This document shows positions 39,892 through 50,037 of a stretch of 64,000 nt of DNA, piece by piece. Location: positions 512,001 through 576,000 of the forward strand of contig JAKFCY010000003.1 of NCBI GenBank assembly GCA_036676395.1. Reading direction: 5' to 3'. Position 1 is the first letter of the stretch, and every line of letters begins with the position of its first letter. This DNA comes from Bdellovibrio sp. (GTDB lineage: Bacteria > Bdellovibrionota > Bdellovibrionia > Bdellovibrionales > Bdellovibrionaceae). The notes beneath the pieces were generated by a model. The model was not told the DNA's origin and made no database searches. It saw only the letters and a list, made by a program, of their open reading frames with translations. The translations under genes were made by a program, and so were the position numbers.

Positions 39892-41472
39892 ATGAAAAAG
39901 TCTTTTGTTTTATTATCAGCTTTAGTTGTTACAACAACGTTTATCGTTAATTGTCAAAAAGCTCCGGATAAAAGACGCGTTCGCCCTACAGCAGGTGGCT
40001 CAGGTTCACCAACTGATGTAGTTGATAAAACAAAACTTCCTACAAAAGTTTGCAGTGCTGAATTATTAAATAACTATAAATCATTTCATAAAAGCCAAGT
40101 TTTATTAAATAAAACTACGATCACAGCATCTTCAACTGAAGCAGAAAAAGAATCGCAAAGAAAATTAGGCGTTGAGACGTTAGCAAAATGTGACGAAGTT
40201 ATTGATAAATTAAAACTAGAAGACAACCAAGGTTGTTACATGGATAACGGCGTTAAAGATGTATCAAATGCTTTAATGGTTCCTAGCATGCAAAATATCT
40301 GTAATAAATTAGGTGCAAAATTAAAAGCAGAAGTTGAATTAGATAGTTCTTACGCTGATGCGGCAAAAGAAAACGAAAAAGCAAAACAAGAAGCTAAAAA
40401 AGTTCAAGAAAACTTTATCGGTAAAGATAAAACTTTTAAAATTTCAGAACAAGTTCTTGATATGATGTACGAAGGTAACACAAACCTTGGTATGTTCTTA
40501 ACTGAAGGTGAAGTTAAATCTTCGAAATCTTCTTTAGAAACAGCTCTAGCAGCTTCTAAAACTGTTTGTACGGCGATCGGTGAAGGTATCACTAAAGATC
40601 AAACTTTAAAAGAGACTGTTTTGACTTTTACTTCATTTGAAAATGCTGACAAATCGAACTTAGATGAATTAGCTATTGAATTTAAAGGCAAAGCTACAAT
40701 GATTAACTTAGTTCTTCAATCTGAAGGCGAAATTACAACGGCAGGTAATTTACTTTGCTTAAACTTAGAGGTCGCAAAATTATCAGTAAATAAATTAACA
40801 GAAGTTTTCGGAAAAGGTATTACATCTGCTCCGGTAAAAGTATCAACTGAAGTAACAGGCGCAACATCTGAATCAACTCCAGCTGCGGCTTCAGCAACAG
40901 CTACTGCATCTGCTACGGCATTTACATCGCAAGATTTAGCTGCGAAACAACCTGCTGGTTCACCCCAAGATCAGCACTTAGCTTCAGGTACTGCGCAAAT
41001 GATTGCTGATGCTAATAAAGAAGTTTCACAAAAAGAAGCTAATCAAAAAGCTGCTGCTGACAAAGCGGCTGCAGAGAAAAAAGATAAAGAAGAAAAAGCA
41101 GCCGCAGATAAATTAGCTGCTGATAAAGCTGAAAAAGAAGAAGCCGCTAAAGAAGAAGCCGCTAAAGAAGAAGCTGCTAAAGTTACAGTGGTAACGACAC
41201 CAGTTGCTTCTACTGGCGCCTCTGCAACAGCTGCTACAAAAGAACAAGCTGAAGATGCTGCTGGCCAATTAGCAATGTTAAAAGAAAAAGCTGAGCGTTT
41301 AGAAGCTGAAGCCGTTGCTGCTGAAGCTGATGTTAAAAAATTAGAAGAAGCAAATGCTAAAGCTGAAGACGTTGACCAAGCAAAAGCAAAAGCCCGCATC
41401 ACTCGTGAATCGGCAAATTCAGCAAAAGCAGACTACGATGCAGCTAACAAAACTGCAGTAGCTGCAAAATAA
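39892..41472 (+). CDS. Lipoprotein with Ala/Lys/Glu-rich coiled-coil tail
   Basis: AGGAG RBS, lipobox IVNC, low-complexity C-terminus. Confidence 0.8.
   Translation: MKKSFVLLSALVVTTTFIVNCQKAPDKRRVRPTAGGSGSPTDVVDKTKLPTKVCSAELLNNYKSFHKSQVLLNKTTITASSTEAEKESQRKLGVETLAKCDEVIDKLKLEDNQGCYMDNGVKDVSNALMVPSMQNICNKLGAKLKAEVELDSSYADAAKENEKAKQEAKKVQENFIGKDKTFKISEQVLDMMYEGNTNLGMFLTEGEVKSSKSSLETALAASKTVCTAIGEGITKDQTLKETVLTFTSFENADKSNLDELAIEFKGKATMINLVLQSEGEITTAGNLLCLNLEVAKLSVNKLTEVFGKGITSAPVKVSTEVTGATSESTPAAASATATASATAFTSQDLAAKQPAGSPQDQHLASGTAQMIADANKEVSQKEANQKAAADKAAAEKKDKEEKAAADKLAADKAEKEEAAKEEAAKEEAAKVTVVTTPVASTGASATAATKEQAEDAAGQLAMLKEKAERLEAEAVAAEADVKKLEEANAKAEDVDQAKAKARITRESANSAKADYDAANKTAVAAK
41134..41178 (+). 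repeat. In-frame 15-bp tandem repeat x3 (KEEAA)
   Basis: AAAGAAGAAGCCGCT twice plus AAAGAAGAAGCTGCT. Confidence 0.85.
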
Positions 41473-41473
41473 T

Positions 41474-42439
41474 TTAATCTTTAATGATCTTGCGGAGTGA
41501 ATCAAATTCCTCCGCCCAATATCTGTAAGTGTTAAACTCAGGAAAAATTTTCGGAAAGCTTGGATCGTTCCAGCGATTTAAAATCCACCCCGCATAACAA
41601 ATCACACGGTACGCGCGTAAATACGGAACCAGCTCTAACTGCCGTTCATCAAATTTACGTAGAGTTTCATAACCTTTTAAAAATAATTCGAATTCTTTAG
41701 TTGGCGTAAATTCCTGATCAGGAAAGATCATCCAGAAATCCTGCACCACCGGCCCATTGATAAAATCATCAAAATCGACAATGGTAATGTCGTTCTGGCC
41801 GTTATCTAATAAATTACCGCGGTGAAGATCGCCGTGAATGCGTATAAAGCCCTGGGGATCAAGTTTGTTATCAAGGGTTTCGAACACGTGCTCGGCTAAA
41901 TCCATGTACTGGTGATGAATCTCGGGCGCAATAACCGTATCTAGTTGATCAAGTAAAAACCATTTGTTGTCTTGGCTAGGCCCGAAGAAATTGCGATGAA
42001 GTGCTTCTTTTTTTTCGCCGGTATTATGTAATTGCGCAGTTAGGGATCCCAGTTTTTCAAATTGGTTTAACAGCACTTCTTGCATCATGCGGCCGCGCAC
42101 TTTTTCATAAAAGCAGTATAAAATGCCGTTAGCCTCAAAAACCGTTTCTTGATTTTTCGCGCGTAAGGGTAAGCCCACCGACAAGCCATCATTGTGCAGG
42201 TCAAAACAGAATTCATGTTCGTCGGCGATGGTTTCTTTTGACCAGCGCCCAGGGCGAAAGAACTTAGCAATCACTGATTGGCTGTCTTCTAATTTGATTT
42301 CGAAAACGCGGTTTTCATAAGAATTTAATTGGTGAATTTCACCAGTGGGTTTATAGCCATTAAGATCGGCGCACTGAAGAATCAGGTGCGGGTCTAAATT
42401 AAAAAACTGGTCTGTTTGAACCTTAGAATTCACTGTCAT
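41474..42439 (-). CDS. srkA: SrkA/RdoA-type Ser/Thr kinase
   Basis: LNSYENRV, KFFRPGRWS, IHGDLHRGN, DFDD, RWNDPSFP. Confidence 0.88.
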   Translation of the reverse strand: MTVNSKVQTDQFFNLDPHLILQCADLNGYKPTGEIHQLNSYENRVFEIKLEDSQSVIAKFFRPGRWSKETIADEHEFCFDLHNDGLSVGLPLRAKNQETVFEANGILYCFYEKVRGRMMQEVLLNQFEKLGSLTAQLHNTGEKKEALHRNFFGPSQDNKWFLLDQLDTVIAPEIHHQYMDLAEHVFETLDNKLDPQGFIRIHGDLHRGNLLDNGQNDITIVDFDDFINGPVVQDFWMIFPDQEFTPTKEFELFLKGYETLRKFDERQLELVPYLRAYRVICYAGWILNRWNDPSFPKIFPEFNTYRYWAEEFDSLRKIIKD

Positions 42440-42528
42440 TGAACAAATCACCCTTGCATATCTTACAATGAAAAACTACCGATTGTGCCCTACAGTAGCG
42501 GTATATTCGTTTTAAGGCTAGTCATTTG

Positions 42529-42544
42529 TGGCTCTTGGCTTGCT
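42529..42544 (+). promoter_or_regulatory. Sigma54-type promoter
   Basis: TGGCTCTTGGCTTGCT. Confidence 0.6.
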
Positions 42545-42590
42545 TAGTTTCTATCTTGATAGTTTTTAATTTAGGACTTCGGAGGCTTGC

Positions 42591-43886
42591 ATGTTGAACC
42601 AAAAATCACTTTTATTATCAGTAGCAGTACTTGCTGCATTTACTTTAACAACAACAGGTTGTGGTAAAAGCAAAGAAACGCGTTCAGATGTGCGCGGCAC
42701 CACGACAACACAAGAGCAAGCCGATGTAGAAAACCTTGATATCGTCGATGCCGATGGTCAAGGGGCTCCTTTACCTACTTCTGCAAGTGGTACGGCATTA
42801 CCGGGTTTACCACCATCGGTTGATTCAAATGATGCGGGCACATTAAATCCATTACCTAATTCAAATGGCAGTAACTCTGATGATGGCGGTGCTGATACTT
42901 TACCGCAATCTGGTAAAACTAAAAAATCAAACGGAGCGGTAAACGCTAAATTTGATGAAGCTGAAGCGGTAAAAACCGGCGGTAAGCTGGATACATTAAA
43001 TTACACATCATCTTCTGCTGATGGTTTGATGGCTGAATTTCGTGGTTACAATAATAAAGTAAACGCTGAACAAAAAACGATGAATTTAAATTTAGCTAAA
43101 GCTGTGATTAACGCTAAACTTAAACGTTCTACGGGTTCAGGCGATATGTTAGTTGATTTAACATTAGATGAATCATTAAACGGCGTTAAAAAGATTACGT
43201 CATACAGATTACAAGCTACCCAAGCAGGTGATAAATATTCATTAACTAAAATTAATTCAAATGGTGATCTAGAAGTTCAAGGTGGATTTTTAAAATGCAC
43301 TGATGCTGACGGCGGTTGTGAGAATGCTTACATCAAAGTTAAAATGTCTGGTGCTTATGTTCGTGTAATTTTTAGAAAATCATATGCAGATCGTTTCTTT
43401 ATTTTAGAAGAAGGTTCTGCAGGTTCTTCTTTTGAAATGTGGAAATCATATTTAACAAACACAGTGAACTTTGCTTCAACGTCGCAAAAATTAGATTACA
43501 TTCAAACTTCATCATTTGAAGTTGTTAACGGTCGCGCTGCCATGGGTGTGTTGATTGCGACTGAAGATAAAGAAGTTGTTGGTTTAGGTGTTCAGTTATT
43601 AGCGGCTGACAAAGGCACTGTTGCCGGATCAAGTATTGCTAAAGTAGCTGACCTATCAAAAAATTATGACTTACAATCGAACAGCAATGCTTCACAAAAT
43701 TTAGCGCAAGCTATTAAAGACGCAAAACTTGTGAACAACAATGGTAAAGGCCAGGTGCGCATTCGTTTAGATTTATCATCAGGTTCACAAAAAGCCGCGA
43801 TGTGGTTAACTTTATCGAATATTCAAAAAGCTTCGATGTCGATTGCTGAAATTCAAGGCTTCGAGAACAAGCTTTCTAAGTTTTAA
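42591..43886 (+). CDS. Lipoprotein, hypothetical
   Basis: GGAGG RBS, lipobox TTGC, disordered linker. Confidence 0.8.
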   Translation: MLNQKSLLLSVAVLAAFTLTTTGCGKSKETRSDVRGTTTTQEQADVENLDIVDADGQGAPLPTSASGTALPGLPPSVDSNDAGTLNPLPNSNGSNSDDGGADTLPQSGKTKKSNGAVNAKFDEAEAVKTGGKLDTLNYTSSSADGLMAEFRGYNNKVNAEQKTMNLNLAKAVINAKLKRSTGSGDMLVDLTLDESLNGVKKITSYRLQATQAGDKYSLTKINSNGDLEVQGGFLKCTDADGGCENAYIKVKMSGAYVRVIFRKSYADRFFILEEGSAGSSFEMWKSYLTNTVNFASTSQKLDYIQTSSFEVVNGRAAMGVLIATEDKEVVGLGVQLLAADKGTVAGSSIAKVADLSKNYDLQSNSNASQNLAQAIKDAKLVNNNGKGQVRIRLDLSSGSQKAAMWLTLSNIQKASMSIAEIQGFENKLSKF

Positions 43887-43962
43887 TATAAAGTTTTAAA
43901 CTAACCAGTTCTTTTCAATAAGTTGTCTACTATAAATCGGGCTATTTTTGGCCCTGATTTTT

Positions 43963-43978
43963 CGGCCCGCGCTTTGCT
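43963..43978 (+). promoter_or_regulatory. Sigma54-type promoter
   Basis: CGGCCCGCGCTTTGCT. Confidence 0.55.
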
Positions 43979-44012
43979 TTATACCCCTTGTGTACAAATA
44001 ACAGGGGGACAA

Positions 44013-44963
44013 ATGTTATCAAAATCATTCAAATTAACGTTATTAGCGATTTTAGCAACTGCATCGGTGTCAAATGCGCAATTCGGTATTCAACCGGGCG
44101 ATGGCTTTGACGATGGTGATCACCATTCAATGTGTGACAATCCATATGATCCAGATTGTTCAACTCAGCCAGGTTATCCGGGCCAGCCAGATTTTCCAGA
44201 CTATAATGATGACCAATCTTCTGATGTTAAATCGATCTCGATCTATCGTTCAGTAAGAAACGAAGTTTTAGACTTGCGTAGATTAGCAGGTTTAGGCGTT
44301 CAATACCGTGGCTACGAAGTAGTATCGGTTCGCGCAAGAACTCGCCCTGATTCTCCATACACTACAACGGTTCAGTTATTAGCTGATAACCGCAACGTAG
44401 CGACTCAAGTTAATCCAGGTAAACGTATTAACTTAGTTCCAAATCAACGTTTAGTTTTAGGATCTTCAGTACGTGAACTTGAAATGTATGTTAACGGTTC
44501 TACTTACATCGAAGAAATCGTGATTGAAATTCGCCGCACTGGTGGTCAACAACCTCCGCAATATCCTGGTCACCCACCACATGAACCACCCCCATACCCA
44601 GGTCATCCAGGTAACCCAGGAAATCCAGGTTACGATGATCAACGTGTAGAGCTTTACATTAACCGTTCAACATACAGCAACGACCGCATTGATTTAGGCA
44701 ACTACTTCAGCATGCAACAATACCGTGGCTACCGTATTGAACAAGTTATCGTAACTGCGAACGCACACAACAACGTGGCTTTAGCAGATTTATTAGTGAA
44801 CGGTTTTAACGCTGGAACTACACAGTTTGATCGTTACACAAGTTCACAATCTTTATACTTACATAACCGTCCAGATATCGGTGGAGCAGCTAGCAGCTTA
44901 GTGCTTTACACTCGTGGCAATATGACAGTTCAACGTGTAACGTTAGTTCTTAGCAGATACTAA
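44013..44963 (+). CDS. Secreted protein with two repeated beta-rich domains and Pro/Gly linkers
   Basis: Signal peptide from ATG 44013; repeated (L/I)DL...QYRGY unit. Confidence 0.75.
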   Translation: MLSKSFKLTLLAILATASVSNAQFGIQPGDGFDDGDHHSMCDNPYDPDCSTQPGYPGQPDFPDYNDDQSSDVKSISIYRSVRNEVLDLRRLAGLGVQYRGYEVVSVRARTRPDSPYTTTVQLLADNRNVATQVNPGKRINLVPNQRLVLGSSVRELEMYVNGSTYIEEIVIEIRRTGGQQPPQYPGHPPHEPPPYPGHPGNPGNPGYDDQRVELYINRSTYSNDRIDLGNYFSMQQYRGYRIEQVIVTANAHNNVALADLLVNGFNAGTTQFDRYTSSQSLYLHNRPDIGGAASSLVLYTRGNMTVQRVTLVLSRY

Positions 44964-44994
44964 GTTTTTCGCGAAAAATAATTGTCAAAAATAG

Positions 44995-45030
44995 GGCCGC
45001 ATGAGATTAATTTCTTGCGGCCTTTTTTTT
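44995..45030 (+). terminator. Rho-independent terminator
   Basis: GGCCGCA...TGCGGCC followed by T8. Confidence 0.75.
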
Positions 45031-45039
45031 AGGAGAAAT

Positions 45040-45966
45040 ATGGAAAATCAGCACATTCAGTTAAATCAAAATCCTGCAATTTCAGCTACTTCGGTTTTGG
45101 CTCCAACGTTATCAGATTACATGGATTTTCGTTTGTTTTTGGCTGATTTTTACCAGTTTAAAAAAGAATCTACTAAGCGCTCTTTGCGCCCTTACAACTA
45201 CGCGATTTTCTCGGCAGCCGCAGATATTAAGTCTCCGAATTATTTAAAAATGATCATCGAAGGCAAACGTAATCTATCAATGGATATGGTTGCAAAATTT
45301 GCCAGAGCCTGCAGTCTTAATAAAGCGCAAAGCGATGAATTTAAATTGTTAGTCACTTTCAACCAAGCTGATGATCCTGCAGACCGTAACTATGCCTTAA
45401 AACAATTATCTGAATACCGCGTGCAACAAAAACTTAAGCTTGGTGAATTTGATCGTAAAGTTTTTGATAAAGTTCCGAACTGGATTGGTTGGATCATTTA
45501 CGCTCTTGTCGACCAAGAGGGTGTTACTTTTGAGACCAGCAAACTAAAAGACTTACTTCGTGGTAAGGCGTCTGAATCTGAAATTGATCAAGCTCTAAAA
45601 AATCTTTTAATGAGTGGTGAATTACAAAAAGATTCAGCTACAGGAATCATTTCAAAAGGTAAATCTTCTGAAGCTCCTGAAGAAATTCCGTCAGCGTTAA
45701 TTCGTCAGTTACAAATGCAGTTAATGTATTTAGGCTTAGAGTCTTTATATCAAGATGCGCCGACCGAGCGTGAATTCGGGTCTTTAACGTTATCGTTATC
45801 GCAAGCTGAGTTTGAAGAGCTGAAGTTTAAGTTACGCCAAATGCGCAAATCGCTTCATAAAGAGAACAATATTGCCCGCATGAGTGGTAAAGGTGAGCGC
45901 GTGTATCAGCTAAATCTGCAACTTTTTCCTGTAAGTAACGTATCTAAAAAAGAGGCACTTACATAA
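45040..45966 (+). CDS. TIGR02147-like protein
   Basis: DYMDFRLFL, SPNYLKMIIEGKRNL, VYQLNLQLFP; AGGAG RBS before ATG 45040. Confidence 0.88.
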   Translation: MENQHIQLNQNPAISATSVLAPTLSDYMDFRLFLADFYQFKKESTKRSLRPYNYAIFSAAADIKSPNYLKMIIEGKRNLSMDMVAKFARACSLNKAQSDEFKLLVTFNQADDPADRNYALKQLSEYRVQQKLKLGEFDRKVFDKVPNWIGWIIYALVDQEGVTFETSKLKDLLRGKASESEIDQALKNLLMSGELQKDSATGIISKGKSSEAPEEIPSALIRQLQMQLMYLGLESLYQDAPTEREFGSLTLSLSQAEFEELKFKLRQMRKSLHKENNIARMSGKGERVYQLNLQLFPVSNVSKKEALT

Positions 45967-46395
45967 ATTTTATTGAGGTCGTGAGTACTGGTTTTACGCA
46001 ACTAGACCAGTACAGTTTTCGTAACAGAAACCTTCGCTGCTCAAAATTTACTCCCTAGAATTAAATTCTGAAATAATCTGAAATCTATTTTTCGGGGTCA
46101 CATTGACGCTGAAAAAACCTGTGTGTTGTGGAAAAGTCTGTGGATTTGGTTGATAACTCCCTCTCAAAATCAAATATATAACTAAAGAGCTGTTTACGCG
46201 CACAGATAATATTGCGTCGCGTGATACCTCGGGGTCTGTACGACACCATGACAGTTGCGATCAAAAAACAGCTAAAAAGTGAAATTGCATGACAGATTTA
46301 GAGCTAAAACTTTAGTGATTTTTGGGTCCGTATTTTTGCCACAACACTTTGTTGATTGGGGAGAATGTGTTTGTGACGGGATGCTGATTTGGTGT

Positions 46396-46428
46396 TTTAG
46401 GTGCGTCCATCAATTGAACGCACCTAAA
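46396..46428. terminator. Terminator hairpin downstream of the lipase gene
   Basis: TTTAGGTGCGT...ACGCACCTAAA. Confidence 0.7.
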
Positions 46429-46433
46429 GTATT

Positions 46434-47339
46434 TTAACTTAGTGTGTTGTTATGATCGTCAGCTGAGTTTGGGGTCTCTTCGCTTGTGGTGATAGCTGAA
46501 GTGAATTCAATGATTTGTGGCAGATTCGTTAGGATATTTTTTTCGTAAAGTCTCATGTCGTGATTTTTTGCCAGTTCTTTTGCATTAAATTTATTTGCAA
46601 ACTTCATACGTAAAGATGTGATGGCTAGCATGAAAAGACGAACCATCAAATTTTTTTCATAATTATCGTTGTATGGTGTGACTGAATTAAAATTAAGTAG
46701 GAAGCCTTTACCAGCGTGACTCCAGCTGCTTTTTCCATACGGTGGCGGTACATCAGTGACATAGTCACCGTCATTTACGAAGCGGAAGTAAGGAATATTT
46801 AGGCTATTGTAAAAGTTAATAAACTCTAAATTTCCGCAACGTGGTTGGCCGAATGTAATTAGATTTTTAACCGAAAGCTGAGGCGTCTTGGTTTGTAACA
46901 AAAAGCAATAAAGCATTGCCATCGCACCACCTAATGAGTGGCCGGTAATAACAACATTTAAATTCGGATTTTTGGCTACCTCAGATTGAATATGAGTTCC
47001 AATTTCTTTAAAACTTAGCGTGCAAGCATGCATAAAGCCTAGGTGATAATGTCCTGTCCCTGCAGGGTTTGGCGTGAGCTCAAGAATGGCATTCGTAATC
47101 CAGTCGGCAGTTGATTGTGACCCTTGAAATACAATATATAAATTAGTTTTGTCTTTAACGATAAAAGCTTGTGTGTCAGTAGCTGTAATATTGAACCACG
47201 TTAATTCTGACTCAGAGTCGAAAAATAAATTCTCAATCTTTTGTTTTGTTGCCTCAGCGTTATCAGAAAATTCATAAATCAATTGGCAAAGTTTAGCGCT
47301 GGTAACGATGTGTTCTACGGTCGGGTATGATGTTTTCAT
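46434..47339 (-). CDS. Class 3 lipase
   Basis: TGHSLGG nucleophile elbow, TFGQPRCG, D-x-V-x-x-VPP, C-terminal His. Confidence 0.92.
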   Translation of the reverse strand: MKTSYPTVEHIVTSAKLCQLIYEFSDNAEATKQKIENLFFDSESELTWFNITATDTQAFIVKDKTNLYIVFQGSQSTADWITNAILELTPNPAGTGHYHLGFMHACTLSFKEIGTHIQSEVAKNPNLNVVITGHSLGGAMAMLYCFLLQTKTPQLSVKNLITFGQPRCGNLEFINFYNSLNIPYFRFVNDGDYVTDVPPPYGKSSWSHAGKGFLLNFNSVTPYNDNYEKNLMVRLFMLAITSLRMKFANKFNAKELAKNHDMRLYEKNILTNLPQIIEFTSAITTSEETPNSADDHNNTLS

Positions 47340-47538
47340 CTGTTCTCCTCTTTAAAGTGGATGTTCACCACGAACATCCCGCAACTTAAGCATAGTACGG
47401 TCTAGTCGAGAGTTAAGAAGTATTACTGGTTCCAGACTGAAACTGGGCAATGGTCTAGTTTATGCGGCTCAGAGCCAATAGGATTTTTAATAGGTACTTG
47501 CAGGGAATAGGAGTACAATTACTGAGTACAAACTTAAT

Positions 47539-47891
47539 GGGGGTGTACTGGCTTCGACGTGGGTCGTGAAGCAAAGGGAGCATACCGGGGCGCATGTGGA
47601 CCTCGATAAAAACGTGCATATTACAATTGCTAACAACAATTATCAATTAGCAGCTTAGTTCTGTTAACGGATTTGGCGTAGGTCGACGGTGTCGATGCCT
47701 GATCCGACGATAATGCCGTCTCGGACTTCACTGGTTTCTCTGGAGTGAAGTCTTAATAGTTATCCAGGGGATTGGTGTTCAGAATTTTGTTTGTGGAAGT
47801 CTGAGCACCTTAATTAAAACATAAACTAAGTATGTAGCGCCTTTTCGTGGATCTCTTGCGGACCCGGGTTCAATTCCCGGCACCTCCACCA
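47539..47891 (+). ncRNA. ssrA: tmRNA; tag reading frame ANNNYQLAA* at 47629-47658
   Basis: 5' GGGGGTG...TTCGAC pairs with 3' CACCTCC-ACCA with a G3-U wobble; T-arm CCGGG-TTCAATT-CCCGG; tag ending LAA. Confidence 0.97.
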
Positions 47892-47904
47892 ATTTTTTAG
47901 TTAG

Positions 47905-47945
47905 AACCCGAACGTCCACGTAGGATTTTCGGGTTTTTCTTTTTT
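47905..47945 (+). terminator. ssrA terminator
   Basis: AACCCGAA...TTCGGGTT followed by a T-tract. Confidence 0.8.
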
Positions 47946-48018
47946 AAAATACTATTTTGATAAGTTATATTAACTGTATATGGAGGTTATTAGAAATCGA
48001 ACCCTCAGAGCACTCATT

Positions 48019-48990
48019 TTATTCTTTAGCGTTATCGTTATCACCTGGTAGATTTTCTGGATTTTGCGGAGCTGTTAATAGCAATACTTCTTTGGTTGAT
48101 TCGAGAAGTTTCTTTGATTGATCTTCTACTTGAGCACTACAAGCTACTTCAATTTTTTTCGTAATAAGTGGAATTTCGAGGTCAGAGCCACGTTCAAATA
48201 AATCACTTAAAGCCTCAAGTGATTTATTATATCTAATCAAAGCTTCATTCCCGTCTGGTGTGCCCAGAATTCCATACTCCTGGGCTAATGATACTGAGAG
48301 TCTTTGTTTCAAATAGGAATTTTTAAGTTTGTTGGTTTCAGTTAAAGATTTAATATACTCAGTTGTGGCTTCGGTTAACTGAGTAGTTGATTCTACGCCT
48401 TTGGTTTTTGCGATTTCAGTTTTTAATTTTTGATTCTCATTGGCAATTTCCATTGCACCTTTTACGACGTCTAGAAAAGTTTTTAAACCGTCTCCAATTA
48501 TTTTAAGAATTAGCCAATCTGTTCCGGTATCGACTCCACGAAATTCAATTTGAGGAGCCTTAGCGTTGCCGGAAAATAATTGAGAGAAGCTCTTCTCCAA
48601 AATATCTATATCTTCTTTTAAATCACTTAAATTTCGCTCTTGAGGCAATTTGAAATATACGAAGCCTTTTTCGGGTTTTTTAACCGCTTGATCTAGAATT
48701 TGATTCGCTTGATTCGCGAGTGATATTAAGATGTTTGTTCTGTTTTGAATAGTTTTATGTAATTCGCTTGAAACATTATCGAGCATTTTATCGTCTTTTA
48801 CGACAGGCAGACTTGCAATTAATTGCATGGCTGCAATTTTAAGTGCGGCAATTTGTGATAAATTTTCTGCAGCTGACTTTAACGTTAGCAAACCAGAAAT
48901 AGCAAAGCTATTACCTAAACTGTTTTGTGATTTCAAGATAATTTTATCTAAGTTGTTAATGATAATTTCTTGCATCTTGGATAATCGCAT
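48019..48990 (-). CDS. Hypothetical protein, helical/coiled-coil
   Basis: Long ORF, AGGTGG RBS before ATG 48990. Confidence 0.75.
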   Translation of the reverse strand: MRLSKMQEIIINNLDKIILKSQNSLGNSFAISGLLTLKSAAENLSQIAALKIAAMQLIASLPVVKDDKMLDNVSSELHKTIQNRTNILISLANQANQILDQAVKKPEKGFVYFKLPQERNLSDLKEDIDILEKSFSQLFSGNAKAPQIEFRGVDTGTDWLILKIIGDGLKTFLDVVKGAMEIANENQKLKTEIAKTKGVESTTQLTEATTEYIKSLTETNKLKNSYLKQRLSVSLAQEYGILGTPDGNEALIRYNKSLEALSDLFERGSDLEIPLITKKIEVACSAQVEDQSKKLLESTKEVLLLTAPQNPENLPGDNDNAKE

Positions 48991-49238
48991 AAGGCCACCT
49001 TGTGTAAATAAAAACATATCGACATAAAAAAGTAAAAGTTTAGAAAATCCTTTATATCCAATTGTTCATTTCTGAGATTAAATCCGAACGATTGGAACAT
49101 AATAAATTTTAGTTTAGTAATTTTGAATCCGAATAGCTTCATACAAAGAAAATCAGCACATTTGAAGTATGTGCTGATTTTCTTATTCATGAGTGCCACT
49201 AAATATTAAAATTTTCGATTCACTCACTTGGGAGCAAT

Positions 49239-49934
49239 ATGAAAAACGCTACTAAGTCAGATCTTGCGAAGATTTTCCTGACGGCAATTCATAATGAAGA
49301 AATTGGTTTATCACGTCTAAATGTCTTACATGCGGCTACTCAAAGTTTGAATGGGATAGCTTCTGATCTATTACAGATTGGTACTTCTCGGCAAGATACG
49401 TTGATCTTATCTTGTGCACTTTTATCCCGTCTTGCCACTGAGTTAATTGATGGAATTTTTACGATGTTTAAACAAGGAAATGAATATTCGGCAGCATGTC
49501 TGCTTCGGCAACTGGTCGAAATTGAATATTTATTTTTTCTTGGCTATTCAAATCCACAAAACTTAAATAAATGGTATAATGCTAGCCCTGAAGAACTCCG
49601 AAAGAAATTTACTCCCCAAAAAATGCGAAAAGAAGCTGATGGATTATTTAGCGATCAAGAATATTGGCATCATTGCGAAGTCGGTGGACACCCCCATCCC
49701 AACTCAATAGTAATGTTGCGAGAATATGCTGGAGGCGGAGTTCCAGCAGCATTCCTTCATCCTGATTCGGCTCATCATGTAAGACGATTATGGACATCTT
49801 TGCGCCTATTATTACCAAAAATAGATTGTGCTGCAGTACTCGATAAACACAAAGATCCATTGGTTGAAGCTATAAGGGATTGGGAGACTAAGGAAGATCC
49901 GACGATTTTGAAGATAGATGGCCTTAATCATTAA
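49239..49934 (+). CDS. Hypothetical helical protein, DUF5677/HEPN-like
   Basis: YSAACLLRQLVE and Y..HCE..GHP motifs; family call tentative. Confidence 0.55.
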   Translation: MKNATKSDLAKIFLTAIHNEEIGLSRLNVLHAATQSLNGIASDLLQIGTSRQDTLILSCALLSRLATELIDGIFTMFKQGNEYSAACLLRQLVEIEYLFFLGYSNPQNLNKWYNASPEELRKKFTPQKMRKEADGLFSDQEYWHHCEVGGHPHPNSIVMLREYAGGGVPAAFLHPDSAHHVRRLWTSLRLLLPKIDCAAVLDKHKDPLVEAIRDWETKEDPTILKIDGLNH

Positions 49935-50037
49935 ATATAAGTGTTTGCTCCTCGGCTACTGTTCTATTCTGGACTACCCCTTTTTTATAAATAAATTAAT
50001 ATTTGTTCTTGAGCTTAAAATGATTCAAGGTGGGCTT

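Noticed and set aside
46100..46350. oriC
   Set aside because: Few boxes, no clear unwinding element, no dnaA/dnaN/gidA context; kept only as a DnaA-box-like cluster
47455..47646. 63-aa minus-strand ORF
   Set aside because: Antisense to tmRNA
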